Source of the DNA: an uncultured Fibrobacterota bacterium | GTDB taxonomy: Bacteria; Fibrobacterota; Chitinivibrionia; Chitinivibrionales; FEN-1185 | Direction of reading: 5' to 3' | DNA: 64,000 bases | Assembly: GCA_963753345.1 (NCBI GenBank) | Contig: CAVWBU010000034.1 | Location: 1-64,000, forward strand | In this document: positions 1 to 9,869 of the stretch, piece after piece | Numbering within the stretch: the first letter of the stretch is position 1 | Layout: each line of letters begins with the position of its first letter | Notes under the pieces: model-generated | What the model was told of the DNA's origin: nothing | What the model saw: only the letters and a program-made list of their open reading frames with translations | The model's database searches: none | Translations under genes and position numbers: made by a program

Positions 1-39
1 GGAAGGAGGGCCGCCGCTGCGAAAGCAGCGGGGCGCCCA
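1..39 (-). repeat. Family A structured intergenic repeat, truncated by the window edge
   Basis: GGGCCGCCGCTGCGAAAGCAGCGGGGCGCCCA matches the ends of the copies at 28085-28252 and 31272-31422. Confidence 0.75.
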
Positions 40-75
40 TATCTTTCTTTGTATTTAGTATTTGTTGTCTAGTAT

Positions 76-963
76 TTAATACTCACCATTTATCGTCCAA
101 TAATAACCATTAGTAAACGCCATTATCGTCCCCTCCGTACTCGTCAAATACAACTTCACATGCATCTGAAACAGTAAATCAAGCACATTTTGCGCCGGAT
201 GTCCGTACGTGTTATCCGCGGAACAAGAAATAACTGCTATCGACGGCGCAACGTATCCATAGAACACCGGATCAACGGAGTATGCCGACCCATGGTGCGG
301 GACTATAATTACATCTGAAGCCAGTCCGAAGCCGTATTCCGCGGCGAGCGCCTGTTCTGCGGCCGTGTCGATGTCCGATGTGACAAGGACCGTGTTGGAT
401 TGGTACCGTACGAGGAAACAAAGGCTGTAGGTGTTTTTGTATTCGTCAACAATAGGCATCGTGACCGCGGCGCTCCTGGGCGGCCACACGCACACCGCAA
501 ACGCATCCGAAGGTCCTGCCACGGTGTCTCCCCGCGCCACGGTCCTGAACCGGACGCGCGAGGCCCACGTGCCGCAGGTGCTGCGGATCAGCGCGGTGTC
601 TTCGAATACGCTCGCGACAATCTCTCCGGAGAAATTGATGGAGTCGGGCAGGTTTCTGAGTCCGCCCATGTGGTCGACGTGGCTGTGGGAGATCACGATG
701 TCGCGGATGCGCGGCCCGCCCGCGCGGCCGTAGGCCTCGATCCATTGCGGCGTGGCGTCGGTGTCGCCCATGTCAAAGACGACGGCTTCGCCGCCCGAGG
801 ATGCGATCTGCGACAGCCCCTCGCCCACGTTTACGACCGCGAAGCGCAGGCCGGTTCCCGACCCCAAAGGCGCCTGCGTCCCGCAGGACGCGCCCAACAG
901 CGCGCACAGCAGCGCGCACGCCGTCGCCAATCTAAAAACAGAAATAGGCTCGCGCATCGACAT
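76..963 (-). CDS. ComEC/Rec2-type metallo-beta-lactamase fold hydrolase, probable lipoprotein
   Basis: Motifs NVGEG, SHSHVDHMGG, PHHGS and NTYGHP typical of the ComEC MBL domain; lipobox-like LGASC; ATG at 963 has a GGAG RBS. Confidence 0.8.
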   Translation of the reverse strand: MSMREPISVFRLATACALLCALLGASCGTQAPLGSGTGLRFAVVNVGEGLSQIASSGGEAVVFDMGDTDATPQWIEAYGRAGGPRIRDIVISHSHVDHMGGLRNLPDSINFSGEIVASVFEDTALIRSTCGTWASRVRFRTVARGDTVAGPSDAFAVCVWPPRSAAVTMPIVDEYKNTYSLCFLVRYQSNTVLVTSDIDTAAEQALAAEYGFGLASDVIIVPHHGSAYSVDPVFYGYVAPSIAVISCSADNTYGHPAQNVLDLLFQMHVKLYLTSTEGTIMAFTNGYYWTINGEY

Positions 964-2569
964 TCCACTCCTGTCTGTTGTTTTCGTCCAACGACGTTGA
1001 CGCATCACAATCGCACCATGTCTCGCCGGTGATGCGGAACTCTTCCTTGAGGCCCGCCGTGTAACTCCGGTCCCGTGAGGTATTCGCGTAGATCGCAGCG
1101 TACGGCGTGATGTTCATGCCGCCCGGCAGCGACACGACCACCGGCAGCCTGGTGTTCACGCTGCCGAATCCGTCGTTTCTCACATACCCATTGCATGAAA
1201 ACTCGGGCTTGACATACCGCGATAATGCGCGCTCGACAAAGAGCTGCGCCTTGTGGGTCTCCTGCGCCGCGGCCGTGGACATGCGGTAGTCGTACGACAG
1301 CCGGTACTTGACCAGCCACGTTCCCGCAACGCCCGCTCCCGCGGCCAGCGCGGCCCGGCTCCCCGACGTCACGTACGAAAGCGAGGCCGAGGTCGCGAAG
1401 GATTTCGACAGCGCGAGCGATGTGCGGCAATCGGCAAGGGTGATGTCCGAAGCCGAAGCGCTGTCGCTTAAGTCAAGCTCGTTGCGGCAGTCGAAGGCGA
1501 TCTTGCTCCGCGGCAGCGCGCAGCCGGCGGGCAGCCGCGCGACCAGGACCGAGAATGACGCGCCGTCCCGGGCCCTGCGCGAGCATTGCGCCTCGACCGG
1601 CACCACAAGCGGGCTGCTGCGTGCCGTGCCAGCGTTTACCCGGTACGAAAATCCGGCCGCATCGCCGGACAGGCCGTAGTGGACAAAATAGTCGTCGGTC
1701 AATCGGCTTGTGTCCAACGGGCCGCGGTCGAGGCGCGACACGCCCGCCGTTACGCGCACCGCTTCCGATGCGCCGGCGTCGCAGAATACGCCGAACGCCC
1801 TTTCGGTGGGCCTTTCGTGGAAAAAAGCGGATATGCGCGCGTTGTCCCACCGGGCCGATTTGAGGCACAGCCCGTTCCACGCGCGCGACCCGGCAAATTC
1901 CCAGTTCGACAAGGTGGTGACCGGTGCTGCGGCGGCATCGGGGAAATATCCGTAAAACAGGCCGTTGTCGGCATTGAGCGAAAAGTTTCCGGCATCGAGC
2001 GAGACAATCCCCGGCACCGACGCCGAGACCCTGCGCTTCACCCACAGTGCTGTTGTGTCGGCGTGAGCGATGCTGCCCGAAACGTCAACGCCCGGCGCGA
2101 GCCTCAGGATAAAGCGCGACAGCGCCGAGGTCCTGAGATCGTTGTCGACCGAGATCGCAAGGCCTGCGTCCGACAGGCGGCGGCCGTTGCCCTCGGAAAA
2201 AGACAGGATAGGTTCGTATTTGGCAAGTTCCGGATAATCCCGGAAAAACCGCTCCTGTGCCGTGGCATCCCACGGCCGGTACGCCGCGAGCTGGTCCCGC
2301 GAAAGCGGCAGGTTTTCAACCCTCATGTCGAACAAATCGTTCAGGAGCGAAAGTTCGCCGCGCGGAACGTTTATCGGCTGCACGTAGTACGGCTGCAGAA
2401 GCTCCCATTCCAGGGAATCGAGCGAGCCTTCACGGAGCATTATTTCCGCCTCGTGCATGTCGCGCGGCAACGAGGTTGTCTTGAGCGACAGGGGCCACGC
2501 GGCAATCACAAGCACCAGGATGAGTATTTGTGATGCAAACCAGAATGGATTCTTATCAAGAACAATCAC
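932..2569 (-). CDS. Hypothetical exported/outer-membrane protein, probable C-terminal beta-barrel
   Basis: 545 aa ORF with an N-terminal hydrophobic segment, amphipathic beta-like segments and a terminal Phe; overlaps the downstream MBL gene. Confidence 0.6.
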   Translation of the reverse strand: MIVLDKNPFWFASQILILVLVIAAWPLSLKTTSLPRDMHEAEIMLREGSLDSLEWELLQPYYVQPINVPRGELSLLNDLFDMRVENLPLSRDQLAAYRPWDATAQERFFRDYPELAKYEPILSFSEGNGRRLSDAGLAISVDNDLRTSALSRFILRLAPGVDVSGSIAHADTTALWVKRRVSASVPGIVSLDAGNFSLNADNGLFYGYFPDAAAAPVTTLSNWEFAGSRAWNGLCLKSARWDNARISAFFHERPTERAFGVFCDAGASEAVRVTAGVSRLDRGPLDTSRLTDDYFVHYGLSGDAAGFSYRVNAGTARSSPLVVPVEAQCSRRARDGASFSVLVARLPAGCALPRSKIAFDCRNELDLSDSASASDITLADCRTSLALSKSFATSASLSYVTSGSRAALAAGAGVAGTWLVKYRLSYDYRMSTAAAQETHKAQLFVERALSRYVKPEFSCNGYVRNDGFGSVNTRLPVVVSLPGGMNITPYAAIYANTSRDRSYTAGLKEEFRITGETWCDCDASTSLDENNRQEWNVDARAYFCF

Positions 2570-2704
2570 GCATCACCTTCTTCAGACAAATACACATCTT
2601 TTGAAAATACGAAAAAGCAATCGGGGACAAAAGGCGTTTGCTGCATTGCGGAAAGTATTTTTACTAAGCAGTTCATTAGTATGAGTATGATCACATAGCT
2701 TCGA

Positions 2705-2767
2705 TGTCACCCTGAGCTTGTCGAAGGGTCTATCGGTGAGAGACGGTTCGACAGGCTCACCGTGACA
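2705..2767. repeat. REP-like inverted repeat
   Basis: TGTCACCCTGAGCTTGTCGAA ... TTCGACAGGCTCACCGTGACA forms an imperfect 21 bp stem in an intergenic gap. Confidence 0.7.
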
Positions 2768-2775
2768 GATTCAAT

Positions 2776-4377
2776 GTGGTATTACTTATGAACTGCTTCG
2801 TAAGCGGGTCACCATCAATCGATTCCGACTTCCCTACTCCTCTCCTGCAACGCGGGGTTCGTATCAACATCCAACAGGAAACAATCTCATCGGGTCCAGG
2901 GTCGGACCGCGCGACCGTTTTCGGCACCGACCTCGCGATATACACGCTGTTTGCGGGCGTGTTCGTCTTCCGGTTGATCTATGCGTCTTTTCTCGGCCTG
3001 CTTCCGGACGAAGCCTACTATTGGGACTGGTCGAGGAGCCTTTCTTTCGGCTACCTCGACCATCCGCCCATGGTCGCCTGGTTCATCGCGCTTTCCCGCG
3101 CCATGTTCGGTGACACCCTCCTTGGGGTGCGGTTCTTCATGTGCACGGCGGCGCTCGCCGCATCCGTTGCATCGTATCTCCTGCTCAAGCGGTATATCTC
3201 GGATCGTTTTGCGCTGATCTCGTGGGCCCTGCTTTCGAACGTTGTTCTGCTGTTCGGCGTGGGATCGATGCTCGCAACGCCCGACCTTCCACAGGTGCTG
3301 TTCTGGTCGCTTGCGCTTTTCGCCGGTTACCGGGCCGTTTTCGAATCGAAGACGCTGTGGTGGCTCCTGCTCGGGGTGTTTTGCGGCCTGGGCATGCTGT
3401 CGAAGTACACGTTCGCGCTGTTTCCGGTTTCGCTGGCGGTCTTTCTTCTTGTGTCAAGGGATTCACGGCACTGGCTGGTGCGATGGCAATGCTGGGCGTC
3501 TGCGGGCATAGGGCTTCTGGTGTGGCTGCCCAATCTTTTGTGGAACCAGCGCCATCACTGGTGCGGCATCCTGTTCCAGATGAAGCACGGCGTGGGTGCG
3601 CACGCCGCCCTGCACCCGGCATTCCTGGGCGAATTTATTGCCGGCCAGATCGGGGTTCTTTCGCTCGTGCCTGCGGCGCTTCTCGCCTACGCCGCGTTTC
3701 TGGTCATCGGAAAAAAAACCGCTCAAGGGCACGCCGCCTATCTCACGACATTCTTTCTGGTTCCGTTCTGTTTCTTTTTCATTGCAAGCCTCCAGAAGAA
3801 AGTGGAAGCGAACTGGGCTGCGGCCGCGTACCTCAGCGGTCTCATGCTCATTCCGATAGCCCTGCAACAGCTTGACATAAAGAAGAAACCGTTTTTCCGC
3901 GGGTTTGTCCTTGCTTCCGTCGCGTTCGCCGCGATAACCACCGTCGCCGTCCTTGTGCAGGTGCAGAAGCCGATTATCCATCTTCCGCCGCAGAGCGACC
4001 CGGCCGCGCAGTCGCGCGGGTGGCGGGAGCTCGCCCGCCAGGTTGACGCCGTAAGAATCCGCATCGATCCGGTCCGTGCGCGCCCCGTGTGCGTGAACCG
4101 GTACCAGGAGGCCGCGCTGCTGGCGTTTTATCTTCCCGGGCACCCACGGACCTTCACCCTCAATTTCGAATCGCGCGACAATCAGTACTCCCTGTGGCCG
4201 GAAAGGCGGCCGCAATCGCGGGCCGATGTTATTTTTATTCATCCGGCCGACAATCTCCACCTGACCGACCTGTGCGAGAAGAATTTTTTCTCGTACGGCC
4301 TGTTGGCGAAGGTCTCCCTTTGGCGTGGCCCGAAGGACACGGAAATCTGGGCCGTCATCATCGGTGCATTGAGGTAA
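2776..4377 (+). CDS. Glycosyltransferase family 39/ArnT-like (PMT-type) membrane protein; start uncertain
   Basis: DEAYYWDW and YLDHPPMVAW motifs, LSKYT, many transmembrane segments. Confidence 0.85.
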   Translation: MVLLMNCFVSGSPSIDSDFPTPLLQRGVRINIQQETISSGPGSDRATVFGTDLAIYTLFAGVFVFRLIYASFLGLLPDEAYYWDWSRSLSFGYLDHPPMVAWFIALSRAMFGDTLLGVRFFMCTAALAASVASYLLLKRYISDRFALISWALLSNVVLLFGVGSMLATPDLPQVLFWSLALFAGYRAVFESKTLWWLLLGVFCGLGMLSKYTFALFPVSLAVFLLVSRDSRHWLVRWQCWASAGIGLLVWLPNLLWNQRHHWCGILFQMKHGVGAHAALHPAFLGEFIAGQIGVLSLVPAALLAYAAFLVIGKKTAQGHAAYLTTFFLVPFCFFFIASLQKKVEANWAAAAYLSGLMLIPIALQQLDIKKKPFFRGFVLASVAFAAITTVAVLVQVQKPIIHLPPQSDPAAQSRGWRELARQVDAVRIRIDPVRARPVCVNRYQEAALLAFYLPGHPRTFTLNFESRDNQYSLWPERRPQSRADVIFIHPADNLHLTDLCEKNFFSYGLLAKVSLWRGPKDTEIWAVIIGALR

Positions 4378-4383
4378 GCCACG

Positions 4384-6849
4384 ATGAACCTGCCAGGCCG
4401 CACAACGGCGACGACGTGCTTCTGCCTCCTGCTTGCGGCGGCGCTCGTCGCGCCTTTATTTCCGTCCGCGCGAAAACCGTTCGTGCTCGCCCTGAGCGGC
4501 GGCGGCGCGCGCGGCCTTTCCCAGATCGGAATGCTCAAGGCGCTTGACGAGCAGGGACTCAGGCCGGACGCCATCGTGGGCACGAGCATGGGCGCGATTG
4601 TAGGCAGCCTCTACGCAGCCGGCTTTGCGCCGGACAGCATCCTGCGGTTCGCCAAATCGCTCGACTGGTCCACCATCTACAACAATTCGGCCCCGCGCAA
4701 AGACCTGCTCATGAGCCAGAAAGCGGAGTCCGGCAATTATCTCTTTGAAGCGCGCATCGGCAGAAACTTCAACATACTCCTGCCGCAATCCATATCCGAC
4801 GGTCAGGTGTTTTACCGGGCGCTCGGGCCGCTTCTGGCGCCGGCCCAGTGCCGCTGCGGCGGCAACTTCGACAGCCTGTCGGTTCCTCTGCGCATCGTGT
4901 CAACCGACATCCTCGCCGGGAAAAGAGTGGCCTTTTCGAGCGGCGACCTGATGGCCGCCGTCCGCGCGTCATGCGGCTTCCCGCTCATCTTCTCGCCGGT
5001 CGCCATCGACTCCATGGTGCTCATGGACGGCGGGCTGCTGTCCAACATCCCCGTGGAAGCCTGCCGCGACCAGTTTCCCGATTATGCCATTGTCGCGGTG
5101 GACGTCACCTCCCCGCTCTGGAGCAGGCAGGACATGGACAACCCCGTTCGCCTGATGGACCAGGTGGTGAACATAGGATTGACAAAGCAGAAAGCGGCCG
5201 AGCGCGGCCTCGCGTCGGTCCTTGTTGCGCCCGATCTGGCGGGATTCCGCAACACCGACTTTTCGAACATCGACAGCCTTGCCGGGCGCGGATACCAGGC
5301 CGTCATGCATAGCCTGTCCCGCATCCGCGCCGCCATCGGAACCGATTCGGCGGGCCGCGGCGACACGGTGCGCCGGCCGGTGAAGTTCCAGAACGCGCCC
5401 CCGGCGGCCGCCGGGGCGCTGGCCGCCGCGCTCGGCGGTAAAGGACCGCTGGCGAAACGCGAATTTCTGAATACCGCGTTCAGGGTCCTCCGGGGCTGCG
5501 GTTACCCGTTTGCGCGCATCCGGATCCTGCGCGAAACGGATTCCGGCACCGTCGCCGATGTTTCGACCGTTAGGGTGCGGCGTTTTACCGTGCGCGGCAA
5601 CGAGGTGACGCGTTTGTCCACGGTGCAATCCATGGTCGGCATTCACCTCGGCGACACCCTTACCGAACGCGCAATCGGCAAAGCGATTTCCGCTCTGTAC
5701 GCATCGGCGCTGTTCAAGAACGTGGAGGTGGTTCCGGATTCCAACGGCACGGTTGCCATTGTGTTGACGGAAAAGGAATTCTGGCGAGTTCGTCTCGGCC
5801 TCAGGTTCGACGAGTACCATCTTCTCGAAGGCTATCTCCAACCGGCCTACGAAAACCTTTTCGGGCTCGGCATCGAAGCCTCACTGTACGCTCAGTACGG
5901 CCCTCTGCGGGAAAAGTACGCCCTGGCATTCGAGCAATCGCATGTTTTTTCCTCGGCCTTTGCGAACATGGCGCAGGTGCAGGCATACATCTCCCGGGAA
6001 GGAGTGGTGACGCGCACCGAATACCAAGATTCACTCGATTCGACTATCACCCGGGTGAAGCTGGAGGAACAGACGCTCAGCAGAGGCGGGGTGCTTGCGC
6101 TTGTGGGAATGCAGCTCGGCAGATTCATGATGCTCGAAGGCGGGATCCGCGCCGAGAAATTTTCGGTCTACGAATCCCCGGGATTCAAGAACCCCTTCGG
6201 CGGGTTCGAGCAGGGCATGCAGTACCTGATGGCGCGCCTGACCGGCGACAATCTTGACAGATTTCCCTTTCCAGAAAAAGGTCAAAAGACCTATATTTCC
6301 CTGGGCGTCGCCCACGACGTGGTCACGGGCAAGGAAAGCTTCGCAAAGGTCGACGGCGGGGTCGCCCCGTACTTTACGTTTGCAAAAATTCACACGTTTT
6401 CTCCGCAGCTGCAGTTCGTCTGGTCGACGACGTCAATGCCCGATGTGGAAAAGGTGTATCTCGGAGGAACGGTCCCGGAGGAACAGTATAAAGACATCGA
6501 TGTGTACAACTGTCTTCCGTTTTTCGGGCTGCGGCCGAGGACGCTTCCCGGCGACATCGCGTTTCTCCTCCACGGAAATTACCGTCTGAGGATCCAGCAG
6601 GGGCTGTATTTCCTCTGTTCGCTCGACTGGGGGTACGCGTGGCCGTGGAGCGGCAGAAACATCGGCGCATTCGGCAGGGATTTTCTTGACAAAGCGCCCG
6701 TGGGCATGGGCGTGGGGGTCGCCTACGAAATCCCCGTGGTCGGTCCCATCCGCTTTTTCTGGGGAAGGCTCCTGAGCAACAAACTCGATCCGGATCTTAA
6801 CATCCTGTCCGAGAACCTGTTCTACCTCTCGGTGGGGCACGATTTCTAG
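4384..6849 (+). CDS. Patatin-like phospholipase with POTRA and Omp85-like barrel (PlpD/type Vd-like)
   Basis: Signal peptide, GGGARG, GTSMG and DGG patatin motifs; POTRA-like VRGNEVT...LFKNV; C-terminal barrel ending SVGHDF. Confidence 0.85.
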   Translation: MNLPGRTTATTCFCLLLAAALVAPLFPSARKPFVLALSGGGARGLSQIGMLKALDEQGLRPDAIVGTSMGAIVGSLYAAGFAPDSILRFAKSLDWSTIYNNSAPRKDLLMSQKAESGNYLFEARIGRNFNILLPQSISDGQVFYRALGPLLAPAQCRCGGNFDSLSVPLRIVSTDILAGKRVAFSSGDLMAAVRASCGFPLIFSPVAIDSMVLMDGGLLSNIPVEACRDQFPDYAIVAVDVTSPLWSRQDMDNPVRLMDQVVNIGLTKQKAAERGLASVLVAPDLAGFRNTDFSNIDSLAGRGYQAVMHSLSRIRAAIGTDSAGRGDTVRRPVKFQNAPPAAAGALAAALGGKGPLAKREFLNTAFRVLRGCGYPFARIRILRETDSGTVADVSTVRVRRFTVRGNEVTRLSTVQSMVGIHLGDTLTERAIGKAISALYASALFKNVEVVPDSNGTVAIVLTEKEFWRVRLGLRFDEYHLLEGYLQPAYENLFGLGIEASLYAQYGPLREKYALAFEQSHVFSSAFANMAQVQAYISREGVVTRTEYQDSLDSTITRVKLEEQTLSRGGVLALVGMQLGRFMMLEGGIRAEKFSVYESPGFKNPFGGFEQGMQYLMARLTGDNLDRFPFPEKGQKTYISLGVAHDVVTGKESFAKVDGGVAPYFTFAKIHTFSPQLQFVWSTTSMPDVEKVYLGGTVPEEQYKDIDVYNCLPFFGLRPRTLPGDIAFLLHGNYRLRIQQGLYFLCSLDWGYAWPWSGRNIGAFGRDFLDKAPVGMGVGVAYEIPVVGPIRFFWGRLLSNKLDPDLNILSENLFYLSVGHDF

Positions 6850-6910
6850 GGACAGCGCCTCCCGGCATGCGGGAAGGCGAACACAACCTTCACGGCAAAC
6901 GGGCACCGCC

Positions 6911-8044
6911 ATGAGACTCACCATTTCGCCGAAACTTTTCCTCGGATTCCTGTTTGTCATTTTCCTGAACGTGGTCTACGTCGTCATCGTCAACAAGCTG
7001 TCCGATCTGAACGGCGTGGCCAACATCCTCAAACGCCAGGACGAGGTGAAGAACGGTCTTTTGCGCGTCGCGAACATGCAGAGCGACAAGCGCAGGAGCA
7101 CGACGTCGTACGAGGCAATCGGAAAATCGGAATCGGTGGAGAACTTCCGGCAGACCGGCAGGGTAGTGCTTTCGCTTCTCGACTCGGTGACCGGCGAGCT
7201 GAACCTGATTTCGGCGCTCGATTCGGCGGTGTTCCGCAAGAACGTCGCCGGCTCCTCGCATTACGAGAACCACCTGAAGCTCCTGTCAATCATGACCGCC
7301 GTCGTCCGCAACACAGCCTTGTACGACACGGCGTTCGCCGCGCTCGCATTCTCCAGGAAGCCCCCCGACTCCATGAAGTTCGTGCTCAACAGCAAGGGGG
7401 TCCCGCTCATTGCGGTGCTCGATTCCGCCGACCGGGAGATAAGCAAATCGCTCGCCGCGACCGACGCCATGATCGACGAGCAGACCAAGAGCGTGATAAG
7501 GGACGCGGAACAGCGGATCAGCGACATCAAGCAGATGACCATCGTGATTCTCATCATCGTGATCCTCGTGGCCAGCGGGTTCGCCCTCTTTTTCTCACGC
7601 GCCATCACTAATTCGCTGCGCCGGCTCAAGGTCTCGGCAAGCGCGATCGGCAAAGGCGATTTTTCGTTCGATCCTTCGGGCTATCCGAGCGACGAGATCG
7701 GCGATCTTGCCAACGCGTTCCACGACATGGCCACCGACCTCAAAAGAACGCAGGAGGAATTGGTGAAATCAAAACGGCTGGCGGCCATCGGCGAAGTCGT
7801 CGCATCGGTAAATCATGAGATCAACAACCCCCTCATGATCATTTCGGGAAATGCGCAGTTCCTCGAAATGTCGATGAAAGACTTCCCCGAGGAAATGCGG
7901 GAGCGGGTGAAGGTCATTCTCCAGGAAACCGACCGTATCTCCCTCGTAACCAGGAAACTCCGCGACATACGGAACCCCGTGGTGGAAGAATACACCTCGA
8001 GCGGCGAACAGATGATCAACCTCGACAAGTCTTCGAAAACCTGA
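6911..8044 (+). CDS. Membrane sensor with HAMP and HisKA (DHp) domains, lacking an ATPase domain
   Basis: Two TM segments, HAMP (DEIGDLANAFHDM), H-box HEINNPL; protein ends about 75 aa after the His with no N/G1/F/G2 boxes. Confidence 0.8.
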   Translation: MRLTISPKLFLGFLFVIFLNVVYVVIVNKLSDLNGVANILKRQDEVKNGLLRVANMQSDKRRSTTSYEAIGKSESVENFRQTGRVVLSLLDSVTGELNLISALDSAVFRKNVAGSSHYENHLKLLSIMTAVVRNTALYDTAFAALAFSRKPPDSMKFVLNSKGVPLIAVLDSADREISKSLAATDAMIDEQTKSVIRDAEQRISDIKQMTIVILIIVILVASGFALFFSRAITNSLRRLKVSASAIGKGDFSFDPSGYPSDEIGDLANAFHDMATDLKRTQEELVKSKRLAAIGEVVASVNHEINNPLMIISGNAQFLEMSMKDFPEEMRERVKVILQETDRISLVTRKLRDIRNPVVEEYTSSGEQMINLDKSSKT

Positions 8045-8083
8045 CATGCGGGAACACGGCGAGGGGAAGGAAACGGAATTGTA

Positions 8084-8680
8084 ATGATGCCAAAGGCGAC
8101 CCTGCCGGGCTGGATTCGTCTCGTTCTCGCGCTCTCGTGTGCGGTTGCATGCGGGTGCGCCGCGAACCGCGTGGCGGCATTTACCTACGAGCGCCGGCTT
8201 CTCTCCGACGCCGAAGAGAAATTCGCGCAGAAACAATACGCGGAAGCGCTCCGGATCTACCAGGAACTCGTGACTTCTCCCTCATACTCGCAGACGCCCG
8301 CAGCCAAGCAGGCCTTGTTCAGGATAGGATACCTTAACATCTATTACGACAATCCCAAGGCCGATCCCAGGATGGCGCTCGAAGCGTTCAACTCGTTCCG
8401 CGTCCGCTACCCCGACGATGCTCTTATCGGCGAGGTAAACACCTTCATGAAAATTCTCGTGGTGCTCAAGAGCTTCGAACAGCAGTACGACGAAACCACG
8501 GCGCGCATCAGGCGGCTCCAGACCAAGTCGGCCGCCACAAACGGCAGTCTCGACTCGCTGCTCGAGTCGGTCCAGCGCTGCTCCACGGAACGCGATTCGC
8601 TGGACTTGGAGCGGTCGGCGCTGCTCAAGAGGATCAACGATCTTGAACAGACCATTGTCAAAATGGAAAAAACGAAGTAG
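8084..8680 (+). CDS. TPR/BamD-like lipoprotein with C-terminal coiled coil
   Basis: Lipobox-like ACGC; TPR-like AEEKFAQKQYAEALRIYQEL and QALFRIGY; F..RYPD. Confidence 0.65.
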   Translation: MMPKATLPGWIRLVLALSCAVACGCAANRVAAFTYERRLLSDAEEKFAQKQYAEALRIYQELVTSPSYSQTPAAKQALFRIGYLNIYYDNPKADPRMALEAFNSFRVRYPDDALIGEVNTFMKILVVLKSFEQQYDETTARIRRLQTKSAATNGSLDSLLESVQRCSTERDSLDLERSALLKRINDLEQTIVKMEKTK

Positions 8681-8701
8681 CATCCCTAAGGAAACCCTCC
8701 C

Positions 8702-9820
8702 GTGCTTCGCCAGGAAATCGCGCACAGCGAAACCATCGTTGTAAAGGTCGGGAGCAGGATCCTCACCTCCCAGGAAAATGTTCCCCAGAGCGGGAGGATG
8801 CGTTCCCTGGTGGATTCCATCGCGGCGCTCATGCGCTCGGGAAAGCGGGTGCTTCTGGTTTCATCGGGCGCGATCGCGCACGGCATGCAGACGCTCCGCC
8901 TTAAAAGGCGGCCTTCCACGATCCCGGTGAAGCAGGCCTGCGCCTCCATAGGCCAGATCCGCCTCATGAACGCCTACGACGCCTGTTTCGCCAGGCACCG
9001 GATACCCATCGGCCAGGTGCTGCTCACCTGGGACGACCTGCGCGACAAGGAACGGTATCTCAATCTCAGGAACACGCTTTTTCAGCTCGCCGACTGCGGC
9101 GCGATCCCCATTATCAACGAGAACGACTCGGTGGGCGTCGAGGAGATCAGATTCGGGGAAAACGACACGCTTGCGGCGCAGATCTCGCTGCTTGTCCAGG
9201 CGGACTTGTTTGTCAACCTTACCGACATCAACGGGCTGTACGACGCCGATCCCTCGGCGAACCCCGGCGCGCGCCACATTCCGCTCGTGGAAAACATCAC
9301 CGCCGCGGTGCACGGGTTCGCGTCCGGCAAGGCCGGCGCCATAGGCGTGGGCGGCATGGCGACAAAACTGCGCGCCGCCGAAACCGTCACCAAGGCGGGC
9401 ATTTTCGCGCTCATCGGAGACGGCTACCGCCACACCCTGATCGAGACGCTTTCGGACCGCAGGTTCGGCACGCTGTTTCTCCCCAACGCAAAGAAAATGT
9501 CCTCCCGCCACCGCTGGATAGCGTTCACCGGCCAGCCGAGCGGCGCGCTTGTCATCGACGACGGGGCCGCGCGCGCCGTTGTCAAGAACGGAAAAAGCCT
9601 CCTTCCCGCAGGCGTGCGGAAGGTTTCGGGTTCCTTCAACGTCGGCGACATGGTCGACATCCAGAACGAGAGGAAGCAGACGGTCGCGCGCGGGCTCGTC
9701 AACTATTCTTCGGAAGAAGCGCAGAAGATTGCGGGATGCAAAACGGTTGACATAGCGCAAAGGATCGGTCAGAAGACCTTCGACGAGATCGTCCACCGCG
9801 ACAATCTGGTTGTCCTGTAG
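8702..9820 (+). CDS. proB: Glutamate 5-kinase with PUA domain
   Basis: VVKVGS, VSSGAIA, PIINEND, FGENDTLAA, GGMATK, C-terminal IVHRDNLV. Confidence 0.96.
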   Translation: MLRQEIAHSETIVVKVGSRILTSQENVPQSGRMRSLVDSIAALMRSGKRVLLVSSGAIAHGMQTLRLKRRPSTIPVKQACASIGQIRLMNAYDACFARHRIPIGQVLLTWDDLRDKERYLNLRNTLFQLADCGAIPIINENDSVGVEEIRFGENDTLAAQISLLVQADLFVNLTDINGLYDADPSANPGARHIPLVENITAAVHGFASGKAGAIGVGGMATKLRAAETVTKAGIFALIGDGYRHTLIETLSDRRFGTLFLPNAKKMSSRHRWIAFTGQPSGALVIDDGAARAVVKNGKSLLPAGVRKVSGSFNVGDMVDIQNERKQTVARGLVNYSSEEAQKIAGCKTVDIAQRIGQKTFDEIVHRDNLVVL

Positions 9821-9869
9821 CGTCCTCAACAAGGTATTTTTATCCGCGTCGCACCGTACGGAGGCAACC

